Below, piece after piece: positions 1 through 13,226 of a DNA stretch of 64,000 nucleotides. The position numbers and the translations under genes were made by a program. Position 1 is the stretch's first letter, and every line of letters starts with the position of its first letter. The DNA comes from Trichoplax adhaerens (taxonomy: Eukaryota; Animalia; Placozoa): assembly GCF_000150275.1 (NCBI RefSeq), contig NW_002060944.1, forward strand, positions 3,910,123 to 3,974,122, written 5' to 3'. Below the pieces are notes generated by a model. That model made no database searches, had not been told where the DNA came from, and was given only the letters and a program-made list of their open reading frames with translations.

Positions 1-1259
<1,259 letters not shown>

Positions 1260-2866
1260 CTGACTTTCCAATTGTAACATTCATTGTGCATAATTCTATT
1301 TTGGCCATTTTATCTCAAACTGTCACGTCTTTCAATTATGATCGTTTTTATGTTTTTTTTTTAAGCCGTTCAATCATTATTTGGTCAAGTTGTATAAAAA
1401 TATCGATATCGTGATCTTCAGTATTCATACTCTACTGTAGTATAAAAGTTAATTACGGCGATAAAGTAGTCACCTAATGAATGGTTGCAATATTTCAATT
1501 GTTCTATTTCCTGAGAGTAAACCTTGTTTCTTGACTCTGCATTATAAACCCAAAGAACGAACGATATTTCGTGAAAAAAATTCATTTTAGATCGTTAGAT
1601 GAAAAGTTTTGTATAAAGTGTAGATTAATTGAACTATAGTCAATAGAATTGACCAGTAGAATGTTTTCTTCTACATTTCGCTGCGTTCTATTACCCTAAG
1701 CTAGACGTTGGAATTGATCATTATTATTTGGCTATTTTGCAAAGTATACTTGTATGTTAGTTCACCTTGCTAGTAAGCGAGCCTTAAGAAATTGGGTAGA
1801 TACATGTAAAGTGAAATTAGTCAGTAGCGTGCGAATGGCTCGTATTTGCTGTTTTTGACAGTCATAAATGGCATGACATTGGGGGTATAGAATGAATGAA
1901 TTCTAATCGATTGTACTCGTTTAATGATGATGATAGTATGTATTGCTTAACGAGAATACTGAGGCGAAGGAATTGCATTTCTTCGGTATTCCATATGCAA
2001 TTATTATTTTTATATCAACGTATTGTTTGATTCTTTTGCTCCTACTAAATACTTGATAACTTGTACGAAATGATGTAGAATAAGCATTTCGGTCTATGTC
2101 AACGAATGGAATACTCGTCCATCCCTGTTGCAATCAAGAAATGACACTATCGATATCCATTTAAATGATTATTCTGGACATGGGACTGTGGCACAAGTGT
2201 TGTTGTAACGTAGTCTACGTTTTTAATGTACATCTTGATAGATGATGTATTTTGTGTACATAAATGTTGTTGTCGTAGCTTTCATGGAATAAATCATATT
2301 AGTGGTCTATTTTTAAATGGTATTGCCATCTATTCAATGCTGAGACTTTTATTCGTCTACAATCACTGGACAAGTAGGCATCATTTCGAGTCGATAGTAA
2401 CTATACGATAGACCATGATGAAAGTGTGGTGATCGTTTGCGGCTATTATTAGTTCAAGTTGGCTTTGCACTAGTTGGAAAAGAAATTACTTTATTTCGCT
2501 TTATCGGACTACTCTACAATGCTTGACGAATAGCCAAGGGTTATTTGTTGCTGACGGTGCTACTCTAGGCCATTTCACTGTTGTACTGTCTACGAGTATA
2601 CCCATTGATTGGACATGGATTGCCTGAAGTAAAATTCCGTCGATCATCATCACCCTACTGTTTTAAGCCACAATAGTGTGCCAAAATGATCTTCCAGCCT
2701 TTCACCTTGTGTGATCTTGCTGTCTTTTGTTTGCGAAATACTACCAAGAAAATGGATCACGTACATTGGCATACTGGGAGCCATGACTTCTCTATCCTAT
2801 AGCAATGGATGAGTTTACTCAATCAATCCAGTCTCATTCAGTCCTTGCCTGATACAGCTAGCAATG

Positions 2867-3443
2867 GATGATCACGATAACAGTAAAGGACTATCGATCT
2901 CATCATGTCAGTACTAGTATGATTTTTGCTTTCTTGCTATACTGTGAAGAAGAAAGCTAACTCTGGGTCCATAGGGTGTTGTCCAAGCTTTCGATGATCA
3001 CGATAGCAGTAAATGACTATCGATCTCATCATGTCAGTACTAGTATGATTTTTACTTTCTTGCTATACTGTGAAGAAGAAAGCTGACTCTGAGTCCATAG
3101 GGTACTAGTATGATTTTCGCTTTCTTGCTATGCTGTGAAGAAGAAAGCTGACTCTGGGTCCATAGGGTACTAGTATGATTTTCGCTTTCTTGCTATACTG
3201 TGAAGAAGAACGCTGACTCTGGGTCCATAGGGTACTAGTATGATTTTCGCTTTCTTGCTATACTGTGAAGAAGAAAGCTGACTCTGGGTCCATAGGGTGT
3301 TGTCCAAGCTTTCGATGATCACGATAACAGTAAATGACTATCGATCTCATCATGTCAGTACTAGTATGATTTTTACTTTCTTGCTATACTGTGAAGAAGA
3401 AAGCTGACTCTGAGTCCATAGGGTGTTGTCCAAACTTTCGATG
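2867..3443. repeat. Composite minisatellite built from a 65-bp unit B and a roughly 61-bp unit A
   Basis: Unit B (GTACTAGTATGATTTT...CTCTGGGTCCATAGG) starts at 2911, 3037, 3102, 3167, 3232 and 3358. Unit A (GTGTTGTCCAAGCTTTCGATGATCACGATA...CATGTCA) is full at 2976 and 3297 and partial at 2867 and 3423. Confidence 0.95.
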
Positions 3444-3944
3444 CCTGCATTGGCTTCCATTTGTTTATAGGGATAATGAATGGATCATCACTGGAAAGCG
3501 TAGCGTATTTAGCGTCTCTATGTCATCCTGTCATAGGACTACAAGCACTAGTACTGTACTAATCGAAAGTGGACTTTGTGTTGATAGTTATTGAAGTGAT
3601 TTGGTAATGTAGATGCTTTAAGTTTGGATACCTGCATTGAAGAATGAATTGATGAATTATTAACCTGCATGATTGCATGATGCTTACACCGGTGTTGTGC
3701 GCCCAACACTGGTATAAGCCTTTGCAGTGGCTTGTTCCTCCTGCCTTTCAACAAGTCTCTGACCTTTCCATGCAGCACAAAGGTCAGTGCAAGCATGCTG
3801 CAAGCCAGACGTCTCTTAGCCTTACAAATTGATGACCTTTTCCAAGCCTTTTTTTAATATATAATTAGCAGAAATTGGCTCATGTTCTCTATGATTGCCA
3901 ATCCAGCCATTAGAAAGGTCGGCGTAAGCGCTGCTTGCAGCGAC

Positions 3945-4804
3945 TTGTGTAAAATAGATGTCGCCTTAAGAATGGATTGAATCGTACCAATTGTAGCCTT
4001 TATTCACGACATTTATTTTACACAACTCGTCTGCCGTAGTATATACTGTACATACTGTACAATACGTCGTCCGACTGGCCTTGACGACTGTGGACTACAG
4101 TACTAACCACTGTATGCTGCTGGTAGTGCAGTGGCTTGTGTAAAATCAATGTCGCCCTTACGACTGGATTAAAGTATGCCAATTGTACTTTATTCACGAC
4201 ATTTATTTTACACAACTCATATCCCGTAGTACTGTACAGTACATGCAGCCACTCTGGACTACAGTACTACCAGCTGTATCCACTTGTGTAAAATCAATGT
4301 CGCCTTAAGAATGGATCAAATCATACCAATTATACTCTTTATTCACGACATTCATTTTACACAATTCGTATGACATCAAGCCACTGTGGACTACAGTACT
4401 AACCACTGTACGCTACTGGCACTGTAGCCACTTGTGTAAAATCAATGTCGCCTTGAGAACCGGATGCAGCCATACCAATTGTACCTTTATTCACGACATT
4501 TGTTTTACACAACTCATATCCCGTAGTACAGTACATGTAGCCACTCTGGACTACAGTACAACCAGCTGTATCCACTTGTGTAAAATCAATGTCGTCTTAA
4601 GAATGGATCGAATCATACCAGTTATACTCTTTATTCACGACATTCATTTTACACAATTCGTATGACATCAAGCCACTGTGGACTACAGTACTAACCACTG
4701 TATGCTGCTGGCACTGTAGCCACTTGTGTAAAATCAATGTCGCCTTACGAACCGGATGGAGTCATACCAATTGTACTTTCATTCACGACATTCATTTTAC
4801 ACAA
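3945..4804. repeat. Array of six 80-81-bp inverted-repeat (hairpin) units separated by 63-110-bp spacers
   Basis: Units at 3945-4025, 4136-4215, 4284-4364, 4432-4512, 4576-4656 and 4724-4804. Each begins TTGTGTAAAATCAATGTCG and ends CGACATT(C/T)ATTTTACACAA, about 18/19 complementary. Confidence 0.95.
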
Positions 4805-5165
4805 GGGGCTAGACCAACAATCGACCTCTCTTGGTGGAGAAAAACCAGTCTGCGAACTAATTGCTATGCAAAAATTTCTCGGCCACCATCGCAATCGGCG
4901 TTTCTCTCCTATCGGCAACTACCATTTGGCGTAATTAGCTTACTTCTACTTGATTGAGGAGGCCAAAGTAAAGCCTTCAACCACCACTAATGCTCCATTG
5001 ACTAAGGATAGAGGATAGTTAGCACACAAGACTTGTTAATGATGTGGCGATCGCCAGTTGATTACCGTTGCACGTTGTGTTTACACAGTCTGGCTGTTGG
5101 CATCGGAAAATTTTGACCGCTTTCCAATTCTTGCCTTGGATCCTGCATTTTACTGACATTGATAG

Positions 5166-8100
5166 CTTTTGGCCATCGTCACTAACGCCATCTGGCTAAC
5201 ACGTACTTTCATCTTGCTATTGGTGATTCCAAAGTTAACTGCAAAATCAGTAGCATACGACAACGATATGGACTATGCCAATGGAAGCGATCCGCAACAA
5301 CAACAATATCATCATCATGACAGGGTGCATATCGTCAGTTTGGAAAAATGGCCAACTGTTCAAGTGCCATTTATTATTGCTGTGGCATTTTTTTGCACTT
5401 CTATCTGTAAAATTGGTAAGTTCATATGCTGATCAACATCTAGTTTCCTTCGTCAATGTATTTCCATCAATCAGTCATCCGATACGATTGTCAATCAGAG
5501 AATATTAGTCCATGTTGAAAATGTTTATTGATTGGTTTGCTTGTCGGGTGGCAATTTTTTTCTGCCACGGCACACGATGGAGAATGTTGCCGATAACTTG
5601 ATGGCCGTTGTTGGCCAGAAACAATTTCATGCTTACCTACTTCTTCATCAATCTTTGTTGTTGCAAAACTAACACTATTTTTTGTATTAAGCTTTCCATT
5701 GGCCGATATATTGCAAATCACAGAAACCTAACTCTTCTTCCAAATTGCAAACAATCAACCTTTCATCGATTGTGCCGGAATCTTGGTAAGTTAGCTGTAG
5801 CCTGCAGTACCCATCTTCCATTTTTGCCACATTCATTTTTTTTTCTTCTTTTCAATCCATCCACAACGTAGTGGATGGAATGCTATCGACACATTTGCAA
5901 CAGACAATCTCTATCCAATTCCTTTCCTGACTAAAATGGAATCCATTTTTTCCACCTTTTATACCATACCCGTAGTAACAATAGACCCCACATTTTTTTC
6001 TTGTTTTATCCTCTTTAAAATTTAAAATGATCATTTCTACCTATCCATTCCAATACATTCATCATCTTTCCTCATAGTCTATTAAGTGTATATAGATACT
6101 TTTCATATCCAATGGTTGACTTTGAAAACCAATTCACTCGGATGGGTAGAAATTGCTAATCCAACCCTTGAATGGATAACAAATTAGTTAACTCAAAGTA
6201 CAACCATTTGACCACAAGGCTGTATTCTATCCACAGTCAATGCAACTGAATTAGCCTAGCTTTCTATCAACATTGTCTGTAGAATAATTTCTTGCAAGCA
6301 TAGTCTAGGACATGATGGCCTTCTCCTTGGGCGAGAGGGAAATTAAAAATGTTGAAACTTGGATACAATTCCAGGATAGGATGCTTTACCCCTTTACCTC
6401 AACCCCCTTTTTCGACATGGAAATCTCATTTCATGCATAATTCATTACTTCTCTGTATTGAATATTCAAATCAAGGATAGCCTAGTCATCCAAACATGCT
6501 ATTCATCATCTTGCCATCATGACTACATGATGGCAGTATTGAAGAGTTTTTAATCAAGTAAATTTCCTCTTATTGAAACATTTCTTTTTCCAACAAATGA
6601 TGCCATCACATCATGTTGTAAAGGAATGATTGGTTATAGCATGTTCTACATGGATGACCACATCACTGCCAAAATGCTCACTATCCATCGATTACATTCT
6701 TGCCGTAATCATTTGCCTCAAATCTATCTAGTCTACTATGGATAGCAATCCATCACTTTGCTATTTCACTCGTATTTTCTGCCATTTTTGTCCATCTACG
6801 GTGGTCAATTTCCGTAGCAGACAAGAATAAATTGATCAACAATATTTGAAATTCTTGGCCTGGGGGCAAATCTTGACAGGCATCGCCTTGTACTTCGCTT
6901 TGAATAGTCTTGTTGTTGTCAGTTTTTCCTTGTCATCATTGAGGGACTTGGTAACTTTAAGATGATCGTGTCTGCGTTAAATTAGTCTGTTATGCCTAGA
7001 AGAGGGCGAAAGGATGATTTATTACCTTGATCATCTGTACATTACAACATCATATTAGAGTGAAGAAATGATGAAAAAGATGCCCTTCCATTCGACAAAA
7101 CGATCACAAAATGATATCGTGTGTTCTACTTGTATTGTATTAGAATATGGATCTTAAGTACTCCTTTGCTAGTTCAGTATTTATTCTCAAAAACAACATG
7201 GATTACAAGTAGATCTGGATCCAAGTAAATCCACCATGTCTGTGACAACTACATATATGGACTAATCCACTAGTAGATGAGTAATCTCCAATGCGAGAAC
7301 ACCAATCGAGTGACGATTCTATTTTCAACATGGCCCCTAAAAAAGCCAAAGGGATCAACAATACTGTTGACTTAATACATCATTCAGCGATTTGACTTTC
7401 GATAGTATTACTCCATCAGCAATCATTCCAAGAAGAAATCGATCGAATTCGCCGAAATGGCAATTCCCATCTCATGACGACAAGGTTCACGCAATTTTAT
7501 TGAAGAATTTTTTTTTCCCACATCATGACATGAGTACCTACAAGACTAAAGAAGATCCCTCTTTTGACCAACAATGTCCTAATCCATAATCATATAGAGC
7601 GATAATTTACTTAGAATAGATGTTTACCTAAAGTATAGTATCCAGTTGTGGTTGTTGATTGGGCACAATTTGCTTGATAATATCAGCATGCATATTATCA
7701 TTCTTACAGTTAAATGTCCATCATGTGCAAGATATCACTAGCCTTGATAGACTGGAATAATTTCAAGTTCTAATAATATAGCAGTTTACACTGTCTTCGC
7801 TATGCCATGATATAACGTTAACCAGTTGATTCAATTTGAACAATTTTGATATACATTATCCTTACTCGATTTTATGGTAGCCTAATCTGGAATCACGGAT
7901 AGTCTGGAAAATACTCTACGATGAATAAATGATTTGACATGCAAGAATTGACACATTAAAATATAATTTACAAAATTATTGATGCCTTAGCAAAAATGGA
8001 GAAACTCTACCATCATTTTGGGTTCCTTTTAGTATTAGTTTACAGCCTATCCATGACTGCTTATTACTGTAGTGATGCAAAATGAATCCATTTTTCCTTC

Positions 8101-11100
8101 TTTCTATCAATGAAGAAAATGAAGAAAAATCAATTACAGCGCTACGCTAGTAATGCACAATTTCGATCAACCAATATTGCCAAGAACTTTAATAACCTTT
8201 CTATAGCCCTTCTCTATCCATTGATATTTTAATTTCATTTAATTCTATTTATAGCTATTTCTCGTCCTTTATTCACTTCTCCTTCGATTAAAATAGCTAT
8301 CCCTTTATGGTATTTAGACTTGTCACCATATTGATTTTTCCCAAATCCAACATGATGTACAATTCCTTGTCAAAGTTTGACAAGATCAACTCCTATCGTA
8401 TTGTATAGCTTTCAATTCAATCCATTTCATGTTCATCTTGTTGATAACAAGTTAACAAACATGCAGTGACAGAATATTAAAACTACTTCAGGATAGGCGA
8501 ACATGATCGTTGCAATCATTTTTTTTTTTGTCCTTTATAATGAATTGGTTGATAAAATAAATTGTTCAATACTTTATTCTCTTTCTCTATATGGCGATAC
8601 CTGCTTGGATTGACTAAAATTGCCTTTATTGATACCGATATCATCATTTCCATATCCAAACTAAAGCATGTTAATTGTTTTGGGAACAATTATCGGTGGA
8701 ATGTTGTTGTAAGTCTGCTTATGGATGCCATTTCAACGTTGATTCAATACCAAATTAATAATCATGAATCCACTTACTGCAGTAGCTAAATCGTATCAAA
8801 TCATGCCCAAATTGGTTACAAATAACCTTGTCATTGTTTTACCTGATTTAGCTTAATCATCATTTCAATATCATTTAACGATGTTATGTAAATACAACGC
8901 AATAGCAGTATGAATGATTCTATTCTATGTGTTCAATATCCATCATGAATTGTAAATACTTTCTAATAGAGTTAATTATTGTACTTATTTCGATCAACAT
9001 AATTATAATCCATCATTTGGAAATGATTTGCTTTAGTAACGTATTTTGCGTACTCTTTTTCTCAATTTAATAGTGGTATTTATGGACATTCAGCATCCAT
9101 CATCTATAGTTCAACAACTTTCTTCTTATTTTTATTACCTCAGTAAGTATCAATTGAATTTTACATTTTGGGGTTTAATTCAAAATGGATTTAAGAGTCT
9201 AATCCCACCGATGAAGTAGATTGAAAAAGAAGTTTTATTTCCCTATTATAAACTAATAGATATGTATTTAAAAGACACTTCTTCTTAATTTTAATTGATA
9301 TAAAACAAACTTTTCTATCTTCCATAACAGAATTGTATTTGAAGCTGGTTATTTCCTACCTAACAGATTATTTTTCGATAATATTGGTACTATCATTTTG
9401 TACGCCGTTGTTGTAAGTATTCTACACGAACTAGTAACTTTCCAATAACAAAAACTTGTATATATATTTACTCGACTTGATTAATGCATAGCAGTTTTAA
9501 AGTTTGCTTTATTAATAAGGCTTCATAAACGATATTAAAAACATACAATAAAAAAATACTTTTTTACTTGTAAAATTAGGGAACTATATTCAACACTTTT
9601 ACTGTTGGTAAGTAGAATTTGATCGTTGTAGAGTTTCAATCTAGTCATTCTACTGCATATCATTTTTAAAGACTTTGAGTGCCTATAGCTGTATAGCCAT
9701 TCGCACAGTAAACGGATAACAACCATTACTTTTTTAGGCTCATCCTTATATTTAATGTCGACTTTGGGAGCAATCAACGTAGAAATTACCTTATTACATT
9801 GTTTACTCTTTGGTAGTTTGATATCTGCTGTTGATCCAGTTGCGGTGAGTAAAAATTGTACTTAATAGCAAGTTGCTCCATGTACAATGACGATCAATAA
9901 TCTTATTTGTAAAGTATCATGATTAAGTTGTAAAAGTTATTTAGAGTATGTAGGAATCAGCTTGCGACTTGTCATCCCCAATGAATTAACTTGCTACTCT
10001 GTTTTTCGCAGGTTTTAGCCGTATTTGAAGAAGTTCACGTTAATGATGTTTTATATATTCTAGTATTTGGAGAATCTCTCGTTAATGGTAACAAAAAGAT
10101 TGAACTATTTCCACTTTTTAAGTTGGTACATTTACAATAATATATTATTTTTTCTTGACTTTCAAGATGCCGTAACCGTAGTATTATACAACTCCTTTAA
10201 TGCTTTAACCCAAAACGCGGTATCTGCCACTAGTAACACCACTAACTATACCCTAAGCGCACCACCTGGCACTAGTAGCACCACTAACTCTACCACTTAC
10301 ATCACCGATAGCATAACTCCAGTTACAGCATCAGAGGTAAAAATCGATAGTTTACCAAGTTAGAAGTATTTATGATGCTGCCGAATATCAGCAACATGAG
10401 TTACTGAATCTTTCCAGATAGAAAATATTCTCACAGAGTTTTATTGTTAAAGATTGCCTTGTCAGTGGGATCCTTTTTTGTGGCAAGTCTGGCCGGTACC
10501 TTGATTGGAATTATAGTTGGCTTCATGTCAGCATTTATCACCAAATATACCGCTAATGTGCGAGGTATGGTAATTATCCTACGTTTATCGTCGTTTAAAT
10601 TGCTTACTGTTCTAGAATGCCTCCAATCTGGATGTTACGTAACATCATCATCGTAGATAATTATTTTGACATTAATATCCTTGCTCATTACAGTGGTTGA
10701 ACCAATGGTCATCTTTGCCGGTGGATACATTGCATATCTAGTCAGCGAAATTTTCCATTTCTCCAGCATAATGAGCATTGTATTTTGCGCTATTGCGATG
10801 AAACCTTATGTTGAGGCTAATATCTCGCATAAATCTCATACAACTGTTAAATACTTTTTGAAAATGCTAAGGTAAGCCTTTTCCAAAATCGTAACCAACT
10901 AGGCTTATACGCATAGCGTAAGATAAGATGATCCATTATCTTGGAATATTGCTTTACCTGTTCTTTATTTTATTTGCAGCTCATTTAGTGAATCACTGAT
11001 ATTCTTATTTCTTGGTCTTGTCCTGATTACATGGAATCATTATTTTAACGTGTCGTTTATCATGTTTACCCTTCTATTCGTTGCAGTCTATCGTTTTATT

Positions 11101-13226
11101 GGTAAGTTCAATTTATTAACATTGACCTCCACATACGCGCGTATCTCAACTTTACCAAGATATCTTCTTACTGACCTAATTAGGTGTATATGCCTTAACT
11201 TTCCTGGCTAATCGATTTGGACGAATGAGGAAAGTGACATTATTGGAACAATTTATCATGGCATACGGTGGAATTCGAGGGGCTATTTCTTTTTCTTTAA
11301 GTATTCTCATCAATGAAAAGGATGTACCGTTACGAAATATGTTTGTTACGACAACCATAATTGTTGTTATATTTACAGTATTCCTTCAGGTAATAAATAT
11401 TAGTTAAAAGTGTTTTTTACTACACTTGTAGCAGCGATAACTTTAATGATATTGTATTCATGAACTCCATTATAACCTATAATTAATACGTCTATATCAC
11501 TTATTCAGGGAGGCACTATTAAGCCGCTTGTTAATTGGTTACACATCACCAAAAGTGAGAAGCATCGACAAACATTAAATGAAGCTACATTCGATTCCAT
11601 GACTGGGCATATTATGGCCGGTATTGAAGAAATCGCTGGAACATTTGGATATAATGTCGTAAGGGAGAAAATGAATGAATGGGATAATAGATATTTTCGT
11701 AAATGGTTAATGAGAGAGCCACCGCAAGAGAAAGATCTCCGTATTTTACAAACGTTTAAAAAATTAAGCTATAAGGACGCTGAAAATTATCTAGTTACAC
11801 ATCAGTATGCTTTTTTACCAAAGAATTATTCTAATGCTAGCTTGGAAAGGGCTAATACTTTCAGTTCTGACGTCCATAGATGTACAAACGGGCAAAGCTC
11901 TTTTATTGGATCGATTGCTACAAATTCAATTGATGTTATTGTTCCGCCTGCTCCTTATGAAAATAGTGCAATGCCGACATCTCCTGTGCTAGCTAGGAAT
12001 GCTCTGAAGAGTGAAATTAAATTCTCAGACGATATTGAGAAACAGCTTAGTAATCATCATCTTGCACTATTAGTAGGTCGTTCAAACACCAAGAAAAGGA
12101 ATTATCATGGAATCTCTAAATACATGCTTCCCGACGAGGAAGAAGACGAAAAACATCATAAAGGTGCTCACTGGCGGCGTCGTTATCGTCATCATCATAA
12201 TAATAGTACAAAATCAAAATCAAGGACATCGTCCTTTACTCATGAATATGTTCGTCATCATCAAATACAACCAGTTTTACATCATCATCATCATTATCAC
12301 ACGTAAGTATAGTCTTTGTAAGTTATTGATAGCTTACAGCAATTTCTGCCTATTGATAAAATTCAATCTTCTGTTATGCTAATGTAGAGGAACGAAGGAA
12401 TGTGTCGATGGTAAATTAGAAGATGCCGCCGAGAAAAACGTAAATCATAACAACGATCATATGCATCACCATCATCATCATCATCGTCACCATAAGCATG
12501 GTAGTGCAAGCAGAATTCATGGTCATAGTCATAGTCATGGTCATGGTCATCATCTAGTGTCGCTCGGACTTGTAGCTATTCATCTCGTTCAAATCTTGAT
12601 ATAGAATCGGATTGTAGTAAAAACGGAATCAATCCAAGTGATGGTTAGTAATGTTATAGTCTATACTGCTTTCAAGCATTTATGTCATTTATTGTCTTTA
12701 CAATTGGATTTATTTGTGCTATTCAATTTTTATATTAGCATCGCTTAACAACAAAGTAAATGACAATGAAGCCATGCACAGACCGAACAACGAATGTCGT
12801 CGGGAAGATGAAGTTGATACTGGAATTATGTTTTCTGTCGCTGCTTCGAAAAATACTTCAAATACACACGTAAATAAGGCAGATGATGCAAATATAGTAA
12901 TAGATCAAATTAAAAATACAGAAGACAATGGGCAATTGTCCAATGATGAACAGACAATACGTTACAGAAAGGATAAACCAAAACGTGAAAGCTTTATAGC
13001 AATTAATCTTCCCTCTCTGGATCTTGAAGCAGAAGATGATACTGTCCCAATATGTGACCCTAACAGAAAATTGGAATGCCGAAAGATTATTGAATCTGTG
13101 GCCAATTTTGAAGAACTAAGCCAAAATGACTCCAACTCTCCTGTAACAAAAAGCCAATCTAATCCTGATCTTACTCCTAGGAAAATATCAACCGCAAGAA
13201 GTTTGTCTACAGAGACGATGGTGTGA
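5166..13226 (+). CDS. Sodium/hydrogen exchanger, SLC9A plasma-membrane (NHE1-5-like) clade; start codon and tail splicing uncertain
   Basis: Exons approx 5166-5415, 5692-5785, 8667-8708, 9074-9142, 9331-9412, 9580-9607, 9738-9844, 10012-10087, 10167-10336, 10453-10564, 10694-10871, 10980-11101, 11184-11389, 11509-12302, an ambiguous 12388-12643 region, and 12739-13226. Motifs: [79 protein letters not shown]. Confidence 0.93.

Noticed and set aside
3945-4804. CRISPR array
   Set aside because: Repeats are about 81 bp, spacers are related to each other and alternate rather than being unique, no cas genes are present, and the context is a spliced animal genome.
4807-4820. 14-mer GGCTAGACCAACAA shared (reverse complement near 41787-41800) between the NHE and DDAH upstream regions
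   Set aside because: A single 14-bp match within 64 kb can arise by chance; no further support.
4018-4957. Short ORFs beginning MCKINV
   Set aside because: They start at TTG within the repeat arms on both strands and are by-products of the palindromic array.
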